Assembly: GCA_029940035.1 (NCBI GenBank)
Contig: JAOZRT010000003.1
Coordinates: 1-44,862, forward strand
DNA from: Desulfobacterales bacterium
GTDB lineage: Bacteria > Desulfobacterota > Desulfobacteria > Desulfobacterales > B30-G6
Direction: 5' to 3'
Length of the DNA stretch: 44,862 nucleotides
The position numbers and the translations under genes were made by a program. Below are positions 1 through 7,872 of this stretch, in pieces; position 1 is the stretch's first letter, and every line of letters begins with the position of its first letter. The notes beneath the pieces were generated by a model. It did not search any database and was not told the origin of the DNA. It saw only the letters and a program-made list of their open reading frames with translations.

Positions 1-27
1 CTACATAAATGGCGAATATTACCGTTT

Positions 28-279
28 TGACCAAAGTACAGATACCATCATTATAGGATGTCAATCAAGTATGCCTTTCAAATCAAGAATGTACCCAATA
101 AGCCATGAAATATGATATGATAGTGGCATGAGACCAACCGACCGAATGGAATGCCTGTCGTGTGGATGGAGGGGAGAGGCCCAGGATCTCAAACACCTGA
201 CGGTCAAGCTTCAGGCTTCCCCTATGAACCTGGAAGAAAAAGCCTGCCCGAAATGCAAGAGCATTGCAATAGAAAAGAT
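28..279 (+). repeat. Direct repeat copy A (conserved non-coding block plus zinc-ribbon micro-gene)
   Basis: Ungapped alignment to 3321-3572 (offset 3293). About 33 mismatches in 252 nt by manual count, and only 7 in the non-coding first 94 nt. Confidence 0.95.
113..121 (+). promoter_or_regulatory. Extended -10 element (TGnTATGAT) 6 nt before ATG; probable leaderless promoter
   Basis: TGATATGAT-N6-ATG with no Shine-Dalgarno. Same motif and spacing at 3406-3414 before ATG 3421. Confidence 0.55.
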
Positions 280-310
280 AAATCCCCGCCGCCGGAGTAA
301 GTTGCTGTGA
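128..310 (+). CDS. Small zinc-ribbon protein (CxxCGW...CPxC), 60 aa
   Basis: CLSCGW and CPKC motifs. The paralog at 3421-3600 keeps the frame and all four Cys. Confidence 0.75.
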   Translation: MRPTDRMECLSCGWRGEAQDLKHLTVKLQASPMNLEEKACPKCKSIAIEKINPRRRSKLL

Positions 311-456
311 GGCCCACGGATGATGAAATTGCCCGGGATTATGAATTGTGGATCAAGTACGCCCATGATGAAATTCCGGATGGTGAATTTTATGCAATGA
401 CCATCAAAGAGAAATTAGAGATCATTGTGGCCATTCGAAATACGCCAGTGAGATGA
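307..456 (+). CDS. 49-aa protein resembling anti-CRISPR AcrIE4 (MRPTDDEIARDYELWIKYAHDEIPDGEFYAMTIKEKLEIIVAIRNTPVR)
   Basis: Below the ORF-track cutoff. GTG start overlaps the upstream TGA (GTGA), with GGAG at 294-297. The pattern IAxD[YF]xLWxxY...ExxxxEFxA[ML][TS]xxEK matches AcrIE4 as recalled. Confidence 0.6.
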   Translation: MRPTDDEIARDYELWIKYAHDEIPDGEFYAMTIKEKLEIIVAIRNTPVR

Positions 457-488
457 CCACCCTGCCGGGCAGCACCTATAGCTTGTCC

Positions 489-863
489 TCACTTTTTAAT
501 TGTGATCCTGTCTTCCTGGTTAACCTTCAACCAGTCTTCTGGAGCTTGGATCACATACACAGCCTTCGGATAGATCGCCACATAGATTCCATTATGGTGT
601 TTTTTACAGCTATCAAATCCAGTGGTTTTACAGGTGCAAATGGTGTAGACCGCCGGAGGCTGCTCATAAGCACGTCCTGTGAATACCTGATAATCCATAT
701 CCGGATGAGGTCCGTGCACCTCCCACTGATCATCTTCGTCCATGAATAGATTCCTACGGTGTAACGCCGATCTGATTATTATTAAATTTTCCTTTTCGTC
801 ATCAAAATCCAAATAGCCCATCAAAATCCTCTCTCTCGCACTTGTCTTGGCTGGTTTTGACAT
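489..863 (-). CDS. Hypothetical protein, 124 aa
   Basis: Open frame with protein-like composition, convergent on the 49-aa ORF. No recognised family. Confidence 0.55.
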   Translation of the reverse strand: MSKPAKTSARERILMGYLDFDDEKENLIIIRSALHRRNLFMDEDDQWEVHGPHPDMDYQVFTGRAYEQPPAVYTICTCKTTGFDSCKKHHNGIYVAIYPKAVYVIQAPEDWLKVNQEDRITIKK

Positions 864-1058
864 CCCATTTTATCTGCTATTTTTGAACCACCGGAACCGC
901 AGAGCCAATATAATGATCGATATTTGCACAATATTCACATCAATGATTTCCCGCGTTGCAGTTGCAGGCAGGGTCATGGCCATCGCTATCCCCCCCCATA
1001 GGGTTACTTTTCCGAGATCTCCAGATATACGGCCTCTTAGGAAGTCTTTTCCCTACAG

Positions 1059-1087
1059 TTTGACATGAATCTGGTGGAGTTGTCAAA
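1059..1087. promoter_or_regulatory. Inverted repeat TTTGACA-N15-TGTCAAA (operator and/or back-to-back -35 boxes)
   Basis: Perfect 7-bp arms, each containing TTGACA, upstream of the minus-strand ORFs at 489-999. Confidence 0.4.
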
Positions 1088-1122
1088 AAAGAAGGGGGCC
1101 GGTATTACCGGTCACCCTTTTT
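1085..1122 (-). terminator. Intrinsic terminator, possibly bidirectional, downstream of the lipoprotein gene
   Basis: GC-rich hairpin AAGGGTGACCGGT-AAT-ACCGGCCCCCTT followed by a T tract on the minus strand. A T tract also follows on the plus strand. Confidence 0.7.
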
Positions 1123-1299
1123 GTTATCTGCGGGGGAATCTCCCCGTGTCGACCTGCAGTGCCTATCCCTTTAAAGGCGGTCAAAAGCCTCGGACATATC
1201 CTTCAGAATCTCATCCACCATTTCCATCACTCCACCCAGCAGATAAGATGAGGCCGGGGAGTTTGATCGGAATGCTTATTTTTCAATAGTTATGACTCA

Positions 1300-3204
1300 T
1301 TATTCTACCGATAATTCTTTTGGGGGATAGCGATAGAAACCAGAATCGTCCGTGGCGGTAATATAGAATGTGGAAGCCCCGGTTGGTATTTCAGGATTCA
1401 CAGTTGCGCCAGCTACTTCAAACCAGTCTGTATTGTCAAATCTGTAACGGATTCGATCAACAGGCTTATCAGTTTTAGCGGAACTGATGTAAGTAGCAGA
1501 CACAGAGGAACCATTTGTTTCCAAGGTATCCAACTGTGGTAAATAATCACCATCTATACCAAACCCAAAGTGTCTTTCAACTCCATCACCGGTCCTAATT
1601 CCGATATAAATCGGGACAACATCCTCTATAAAGATTTTATTCCCGTTGTTCAGTGGGTAGATTGGCTTCGTTATATCTAAATACCTAATATTGTAATTAT
1701 AAAGATTTACACTTGTATCATAGTATCCGTCTCCCCGGAGGAGCCGGTTGGCCATTTCACTATCATCCCAGATGGGATTCATCCAGATACCACAATGTAA
1801 AATTGGTGGGTCTTTCAACTCATTCCCATTTACGTCTTCAAAGCGTAACGTAATATGATCAATACGCTTTTGGTCATCAATAAAAACCTGTGGTATCACA
1901 TATACGTAGGTTTGTTCACTAATTTCATGTATATAAAAACTATCCTCATGTGTTTGTTTATTCTGATCATCTCCTACTGTGTATGTGACCGAATAAACGC
2001 CTTCAGGCGCCCTCTCGGGGTCGTAAATAAAGCTTCCAACATAAACAGATATGCCGCTGTTATTGAGAAAACTATCACTAACGTCTAAACAACTTATACA
2101 CAAAGGCAAATTTCCAGTCACAACATTTTGTTTATACTCACATTCATTTGTTCCTTCATTATAACCGAAATAACCATAGAACAGATCAATCTGTTCCGGA
2201 AATTCGACATTGCCGCCTATCAAACCTTGACCTTCGACCAAATCTCGCAACTTATATTCATTTAGATTCGTAGAAAAGATTAAATCATAAAAATCATAAA
2301 AGTCTTGTTCTGTTTTCCATTCTCCATCTCCATCATAGTCGATTGGATACATCACACTGCCATTCTCAAAACTTGTTATAACGTGAGGATCAAATGAATA
2401 ATATTTAGTATATCCCAATTGAAGATCAGCAATGTAGCCGTTTCTTTGACGTTCAATCTGTGTTAAAAGGTGCTCCCACGGCATTCGGCACTTAGTCCTA
2501 TCCTCGTCTGATGTAGGATTAAACGTTATAATGTCCTTCCAATCAATAATGCCATCGCTATTAATATCATCCGGGTGATTGTCTCCATCAAGATCATCAA
2601 CAATTCCATCACCATCTTTGTCCTCACCAATGAGAAACGCTTTAGCTACACATTTTAATACATTTTTTACCTCTTCCGTGCTGATTTCATCTTGTTCATA
2701 AAGGGTGCCGATAGCGTATTGAGACGCCAGCAATAACAAAGGATTAAATTTGGTCGTAAGTTTTAAATCTGATAAATCATGTGCGGAAGGAACAATAAAA
2801 TTGAACTCTATATTATTAAAGGTTGGATCCAAATCACGTTGCCCGTCATCATCAACATCAACATCATATCCTTCTGATACACTAATATAAATTGGTTCCT
2901 CAAGATGGTCTGTTGGGATATCAACTACAAATTCTCCGGCATCATCAAGCAGTTCGGCGTCTTTCGTTGAACCAATCGCAATAGGGCTTGCCTGTTCTCC
3001 GGTCTTGTTGGAATTAATCATATCTTTTGGCAGAAAAATCCTAACGTTTGCCTCGATAATTGGCCCCATGACAACTTGAGCACTAAATGATTGCGTTGAC
3101 TGGCCAGATGCACCGGATCCATCACTGCACCCCAACAAACCTAAAAAACCCAATGCAATCATAAGTCTTGTCAATGTAGGACCGTATTGAATTGCAGCTT
3201 TCAT
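1300..3204 (-). CDS. Large acidic surface lipoprotein with multiple DxDxDG Ca-binding loops, 634 aa
   Basis: GGAGG RBS, hydrophobic signal with lipobox LLGC, and a Ser/Gly linker. Motifs DVDDDG, DKDGDG, DLDGDN, DINSDGIIDWKD and DYDGDG. Visibly AT-richer than the core genes. Confidence 0.85.
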   Translation of the reverse strand: MKAAIQYGPTLTRLMIALGFLGLLGCSDGSGASGQSTQSFSAQVVMGPIIEANVRIFLPKDMINSNKTGEQASPIAIGSTKDAELLDDAGEFVVDIPTDHLEEPIYISVSEGYDVDVDDDGQRDLDPTFNNIEFNFIVPSAHDLSDLKLTTKFNPLLLLASQYAIGTLYEQDEISTEEVKNVLKCVAKAFLIGEDKDGDGIVDDLDGDNHPDDINSDGIIDWKDIITFNPTSDEDRTKCRMPWEHLLTQIERQRNGYIADLQLGYTKYYSFDPHVITSFENGSVMYPIDYDGDGEWKTEQDFYDFYDLIFSTNLNEYKLRDLVEGQGLIGGNVEFPEQIDLFYGYFGYNEGTNECEYKQNVVTGNLPLCISCLDVSDSFLNNSGISVYVGSFIYDPERAPEGVYSVTYTVGDDQNKQTHEDSFYIHEISEQTYVYVIPQVFIDDQKRIDHITLRFEDVNGNELKDPPILHCGIWMNPIWDDSEMANRLLRGDGYYDTSVNLYNYNIRYLDITKPIYPLNNGNKIFIEDVVPIYIGIRTGDGVERHFGFGIDGDYLPQLDTLETNGSSVSATYISSAKTDKPVDRIRYRFDNTDWFEVAGATVNPEIPTGASTFYITATDDSGFYRYPPKELSVE

Positions 3205-3320
3205 GAAACCTCCATGTTAAGAAAACACGGCAAATACTACCTTTTATAGGAAAATGCCCAGGGGATGGCAAGTCAGTTCCTGGATAATTACAATATCTGG
3301 AATATGTTATCAATAATTTA

Positions 3321-3572
3321 TGACCAAAGTACTGATACCATCATTATAGGATGTCAATCAAGTATGTCTTTCAAGTCAAAAACGTACCCAATCACCCATG
3401 AAATATGATATGATCATGGAATGAAATCAACCAACCGAATAAAATGCCTGTCATGTGGATGGAGGGGCGAGGCTCAGGATCTCGAACACCTAACGATCAA
3501 GCTTCAAGCCTCCCCTATGGACCTGGGAAAAAAAGCCTGCCCGCTGTGCAAGAGCATTGCCGTTGAAAAAAT
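3321..3572 (+). repeat. Direct repeat copy B
   Basis: ~87% ungapped identity to 28-279. Confidence 0.95.
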
Positions 3573-3600
3573 CAGGCACAATTACACTCTTTTAAGATGA
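3421..3600 (+). CDS. Small zinc-ribbon protein paralog, 59 aa (MKSTNRIKCLSCGWRGEAQDLEHLTIKLQASPMDLGKKACPLCKSIAVEKIRHNYTLLR)
   Basis: Hand-translated, missed by the 60-aa cutoff. Paralog of 128-310 with a different C-terminal tail. Confidence 0.7.
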   Translation: MKSTNRIKCLSCGWRGEAQDLEHLTIKLQASPMDLGKKACPLCKSIAVEKIRHNYTLLR

Positions 3601-3613
3601 AAGCAAAGGCCCT

Positions 3614-3847
3614 ATGCGTGTTGGAAACATCCGACTCTCAGACAATGCTATGTTAAGAACCACGCTTGGCGCTGTGATGATCAGCTTTTCCGCAGTGTGA
3701 GACGTAGTTTTTTTCGACCGCCATACCTCTACCATGGCGTGGGTCGGGGTGGCCCTATCCCTGGCGGCTATCTACATGGGTGCAACCAGTGGTCAAAAAG
3801 CACCTCAATCACTTCAGCATAGCCACCAGGATAAATATCTGGTATAG
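3614..3847 (+). pseudogene. EamA/DMT transporter remnant with a large in-frame internal deletion and a TGA at the junction
   Basis: Frame reads ...TLGAVMISFSAV*DVVFFDRHTSTMAWVGVALSLAAIYMG. This resembles the first and last TM helices of a DMT protein fused at 3698-3700. Confidence 0.6.
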
Positions 3848-3855
3848 TGACGTTT

Positions 3856-4473
3856 ATGATAAAACACATTGTTAAAAATTTCAGCTGTCTTTTTTCCTTA
3901 GTAATTTTCATTATATCCTGTGCGGGAACAGAACTCACCGAAAAGCCGGTTGAAGATATTTATCATGGGAAGCCCGTATCTGACATTCTTGTCATAGCGA
4001 TTACCGGAAATGAGCACAATCGGCGGGCCTATGAGCAAAAGTTCGTTGCGCGCCTCAAATTTGTTGGTGTTGACGCCATCTCCAGCGAAGCAGTCATCCC
4101 TATGCCTCCAGATTTGGAAATGGAAAGAGAGACCATATTGGATGCGGTTAATCAATACGAAAACGACGCTGTGATCATCACGCATTTGATTGACAAAAAG
4201 GTAGAAGATGTCTACACGCGGGGCGTTACCGGACAAAGAGGCTTCCATGGTTTTTATCTCAGCCGTTACAGTTATGCTTATGATCGGGGATATTCAAGCA
4301 CAAGCACTACGCTCTGGTTGGAAACGAATTTGTACCATGTAAAAACGGATAAACTTATCTGGGCAGGGGTATCAGAGTCATGGGGCAAAAGTTCCCAAGA
4401 ACAGATTGTCGATGAAGTGATCAAGGCTGTGATTGATAATTTACATGAAAATAATTTAATCGAACCAAAATAA
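3856..4473 (+). CDS. Putative lipoprotein (DUF4136-like), ~205 aa
   Basis: Signal peptide with lipobox IISC. C-terminal LETNLYxxxxxKLIW motif typical of this lipoprotein class. Confidence 0.7.
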   Translation: MIKHIVKNFSCLFSLVIFIISCAGTELTEKPVEDIYHGKPVSDILVIAITGNEHNRRAYEQKFVARLKFVGVDAISSEAVIPMPPDLEMERETILDAVNQYENDAVIITHLIDKKVEDVYTRGVTGQRGFHGFYLSRYSYAYDRGYSSTSTTLWLETNLYHVKTDKLIWAGVSESWGKSSQEQIVDEVIKAVIDNLHENNLIEPK

Positions 4474-4658
4474 AAATTGGGTGCGTTGATAACTGCAACA
4501 TCATTGGAACTATATACAATTTTCAGGAGTAGAAAACAGTTCCGGGATCGTCGTCAGACATCTTAACGTTTTTTTTCGAAACCCATTCCCAGTTTTTTGA
4601 GCAGACTGATTGATCCAATAGCCTTCCAGGACAAATCGTTCAGCGTCATGTAAGGACT

Positions 4659-5210
4659 TCAATTCAAGCTACTCAGCTCAATAGCCCCATTCGATGTTCG
4701 ACACGAAACTTTCTTTCCGCCTTCGCCCAACCTGCCACGCAGGGATGTTTTGGAGATTTCCTGGACAACGACTTCCAGGTCTTTAACCGTAATTTTCCCA
4801 TTGGAGTTTTTTGCTTCCAAATCGATGTCCAGCGCTGGATCGATTTTGAGTTCGATGGCACCGTTGCTGGTGCGAACGCGCAAGCCGTTTTCCCCTACGC
4901 CCCGCACGTCCGTTTCTATGGTGCCGTTGGAGGTCTCCAACACGACCACACCGGTGGTCCGCTCAACCCTGATGGAACCGTTGCTGGTGCGGGCGCTCAC
5001 GTATCCTGTGACGTCCTTGATCTTGATGGTACCATTACTTGTACTCGCATCGATATCACCCTTGGAATCCTCAACATCTATAGTACCATTCGAGGTACTA
5101 ATCTCGGTATCACCGTGCGATCCTTTGAGTTCAATTGCTCCATTTGAGGTTCCTACGCTTTTGACAATCACATTGAACGGCACCTTGATGTCGTAGCTCA
5201 CAGAGACCTT
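4659..5210 (-). pseudogene. DUF4097 beta-strand-repeat (adhesin-like) protein, 5'-truncated
   Basis: Repeated TSNGxI motifs. The frame starts at VSVSYDIKVP with no RBS or N-terminal region and runs into the repeat element at ~5210-5221. Confidence 0.7.
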
Positions 5211-5220
5211 CGGGTTTCGG

Positions 5221-5369
5221 ATTGTACATATCTGACATGCTTAACAGGATCTACATGATATAAATTAGGTGTAAGGTAAACGGTATAAGGTACAAGGTGG
5301 CTATACGCAAATAGCAGACAGCGCGCTCTCCATAATAATCCTGTTAATCCCGTCTAATATTTCTTCTGA
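5221..5369 (-). mobile_element. ~148-bp MITE-like palindromic element, copy 1
   Basis: Reverse complement aligns along its length with 21254-21400. Inverted arms ttaacaggat / atcctgttaa and an internal 7-mer run taaggta-aacggta-taaggta-caaggt. Confidence 0.75.
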
Positions 5370-5380
5370 TGCATTGGCAG

Positions 5381-5515
5381 TCTGTCTTCCGTTCTCTGTC
5401 TTCTGGAATTTGCGGATAGAGATTCGCCGACTACCGGTCACTGATCACCGACTTACCTTCTCACGTTCTGATATTCTGATCTCCGTCTTGTGTGACTCTG
5501 GTTTCCGTCCTCTGG
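5381..5515. repeat. Degenerate heptamer tandem repeats (tctgNNN-type and ccggtca/ctgatca)
   Basis: tctgtct-tccgttc-tctgtct-tctgg and tctgatc-tccgtct...tctggtt-tccgtcc-tctgg directly downstream of the PRODH stop. Confidence 0.55.
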
Positions 5516-5518
5516 GGT

Positions 5519-6712
5519 TCAGGTGTGAGCCGCTTTCCTGCGCTCGCGCTCCTTGACGATCACCTCGAGCTCCTTGCTCATCTGACCGGCGATGGCCGTG
5601 TTTTCTTCCGCCCGCCGGGTGAGATAGGGCAGTGTCGACTCCAGCGGCCCGAAGGGAAGGTATTTGCTGACATTGTAGCCTGCATGGGCCAGGTTGTAGC
5701 TGATGTTGTCGCTCATCCCGAACAGCTGGGAGAAATAGATGTGCGGGTGGTTGTTGGGAAGCTTGTACGCCCGCATGTGCTCAGCCATCAGCCGGCAGCT
5801 TTTTTCATTGTGGGTGCCTACGCAAATCTCGACCGCATCGATGTGCTCCATGGAAATCCTCACGGCCTCGTCAAAATCCCGGTCCGTGTCGTCCTTGGTG
5901 GCGTTGATGGTGGAAACATACCCTTGGAGAAGGGCCCTTTCGCGTTCTTTTTCCAGATAAGCCCCGCGCACAAACTTGATACCCAAATGATAAGGCCCTG
6001 ACTCCGCATCTGCTATCAATTGCTTCAGGTAATCGATGCGATCCCACCGATACATCTGCAGCGTGGTAAACACGATGGCCTTTTGTTTATTGTATTTTGC
6101 CATCATCTTCTTCGCCAGGTCGTCCATGGCACCCTGGACCCAGCTCTCCTCTGCATCGATGTAAATGGGTTTGTCCGCCTGAAATGCAGCCTCACAAATT
6201 TCCATGAGACGCCGTTTCAGGTTTTCCCATTCCTTGCTCTCAGCATCTGACAACACTTGTTTTGAAGTGACTTTTTCAAAAAGATCGGATGTCCCGATGG
6301 CGCTCATTTTCATACAGGTGCAGGGGATATCCGGGTTCGACCGGGACTGCCTGATGATTTGAATCAGTTCTTGCTTAGTGGCCTCGAAACCGTTTTCGTC
6401 CTCAATTCCTTCCACCGCATAATCAAGTATGGTGCCAATGGAAGAGCCGGCCAGGCTGTTGATCACTCTGGTATATTCGGCCTTGGTTTCCCCGCCGCAG
6501 AATTGCTTGAACACCGTGGCCTTGATCAGGGGTTTTACGGGCAGGCCTATGGCCAGGGCAAACCTGGCTGCCCGGGAAAGAAACTTCACCAGGAAAGGAC
6601 TTTTTGTCAGCCAGAAGATCAGGAAGGACAAAAAGAGTTCCCTGTCCGACTTTCTGTTAAAAGCGATGGCTGTATCTTCAAAGGAAACCGGGGTATCATT
6701 TTTCTTGTTCAT
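5519..6712 (-). CDS. Monofunctional proline dehydrogenase (PRODH), 397 aa
   Basis: Motifs QFCGGE, LDYAVEG, IDAEE, VRGAY, GTHN, QLFGM, KYLPFGP and YLTRRAEEN. Start MNKK at 6712 overlaps the upstream stop (ATGA). Confidence 0.92.
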   Translation of the reverse strand: MNKKNDTPVSFEDTAIAFNRKSDRELFLSFLIFWLTKSPFLVKFLSRAARFALAIGLPVKPLIKATVFKQFCGGETKAEYTRVINSLAGSSIGTILDYAVEGIEDENGFEATKQELIQIIRQSRSNPDIPCTCMKMSAIGTSDLFEKVTSKQVLSDAESKEWENLKRRLMEICEAAFQADKPIYIDAEESWVQGAMDDLAKKMMAKYNKQKAIVFTTLQMYRWDRIDYLKQLIADAESGPYHLGIKFVRGAYLEKERERALLQGYVSTINATKDDTDRDFDEAVRISMEHIDAVEICVGTHNEKSCRLMAEHMRAYKLPNNHPHIYFSQLFGMSDNISYNLAHAGYNVSKYLPFGPLESTLPYLTRRAEENTAIAGQMSKELEVIVKERERRKAAHT

Positions 6713-7872
6713 GACTTTAAAATTAAATCCTCCAATTTGTCCGCGTATTGTGTCAGGGGCACACACCCGTCATCTGTAACCAGAACCGTGTCCGAGTGCC
6801 GGAACCCGCCCACACCCTCGACATAGATACCGGGTTCGATGCTGATGACCATGTTCTTCTCCAGAACATGACTGCTGCCCAGGGCAACCCAGGGAGGCTC
6901 GTGACCGGTGATGCCGAACCCATGGCCGGTGCGGTGCAGGATCTTGTCAGCGTACCCGGCATCTTTGATGACCTGCAGCACCTCACGATCAACATCCTCG
7001 GCCCGAACACCCGGCTTAACCAGCGTATACGCCTTTTCCCGGGCTTCCATGGATATGTCGAATACCTTTTTAGCCCCATCCGGCACATGCCCGATGAAAA
7101 AGGTCCTCTCCAATTCTGCTGAATAACCGTTGGCCTGGGCAGTGATGATGGCCACGTTGGGTCCACCCTCCTTGAGCGTATCGAACATGCCGGGAACCGA
7201 GTGCGGCTGGGCGGAAAGGGCTTCCGGCCAGACAGCGGCCAAAAATTTGGTCACCAGCAGATTGGGGTTCGGGACCTCGAACAGCACCTTGACCATCATT
7301 TCGCGGGAACTTTCACTGTAAATCGTAGCCAGAGCCGCATCCGGCGTACACTGCTCAAGGGCTTTTTTCATGCCCACTTCGGTGACACCCGCGGCATAGA
7401 TTATACGGCCGATTTCATAGTCTGTTTTCACCAGCCGGGCTTCATCGATCAGATCGGCAACCACCAGCTTGCCGGGCATGCTGTTCTGGTGAGCGACTGA
7501 CAGGGATGACTCGATCCCCACCGTCAGGCTGTGGCCGACAACCGCTTTCAGGGTATCCACGTATCCGTTGCCTACCGGTGCCGGATACTCCTCATAGGTG
7601 CTGTATTCCACATCGATCAGAACACGCTGTCTGGCATGGCTGACCTCCAGAAGCGGTACGACCAGAACCGGGATGCCGGTCGCCGGAACCACCAGAAAAA
7701 AGGGCCTCTCAAAAGGCAGATAGGCGAAATTGGTCAGGTAATAAACATTGTCCGTGTGGGCGGCGACATATACATCCAGCCCTTTTTCAGCCATCATGGA
7801 GCGCAGGTTGGCAATCCTGAGATCGAGTTCCTCCTTTGACGGCGCCTCGGTAGCGGGTTCGGGAATGGTCAT
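6709..7872 (-). CDS. M24 (Xaa-Pro peptidase/creatinase) family hydrolase with non-canonical metal ligands, 387 aa
   Basis: Creatinase-type N-terminus (NVYYLTNF), HRTGHGFG, HEPP, EPGIY and GGFRHSDT. AGGAG RBS. Confidence 0.88.
   Translation of the reverse strand: MTIPEPATEAPSKEELDLRIANLRSMMAEKGLDVYVAAHTDNVYYLTNFAYLPFERPFFLVVPATGIPVLVVPLLEVSHARQRVLIDVEYSTYEEYPAPVGNGYVDTLKAVVGHSLTVGIESSLSVAHQNSMPGKLVVADLIDEARLVKTDYEIGRIIYAAGVTEVGMKKALEQCTPDAALATIYSESSREMMVKVLFEVPNPNLLVTKFLAAVWPEALSAQPHSVPGMFDTLKEGGPNVAIITAQANGYSAELERTFFIGHVPDGAKKVFDISMEAREKAYTLVKPGVRAEDVDREVLQVIKDAGYADKILHRTGHGFGITGHEPPWVALGSSHVLEKNMVISIEPGIYVEGVGGFRHSDTVLVTDDGCVPLTQYADKLEDLILKS

Noticed and set aside
28-121. Conserved block as a dif/Xer site, integron attC or CRISPR repeat
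   Set aside because: No XerC/XerD arm match, no RYYYAAC/GTTRRRY attC ends, and only two copies 3.3 kb apart.
1124-1246. Long-range ttatctgc/gcagataa pairing suggesting an ncRNA
   Set aside because: Only an 8-bp match. The interior reads better as a minus-strand C-terminal coding remnant (YLLGGVMEMVDEILKDMSEAFDRL*), and no RNA family motif was recognised.
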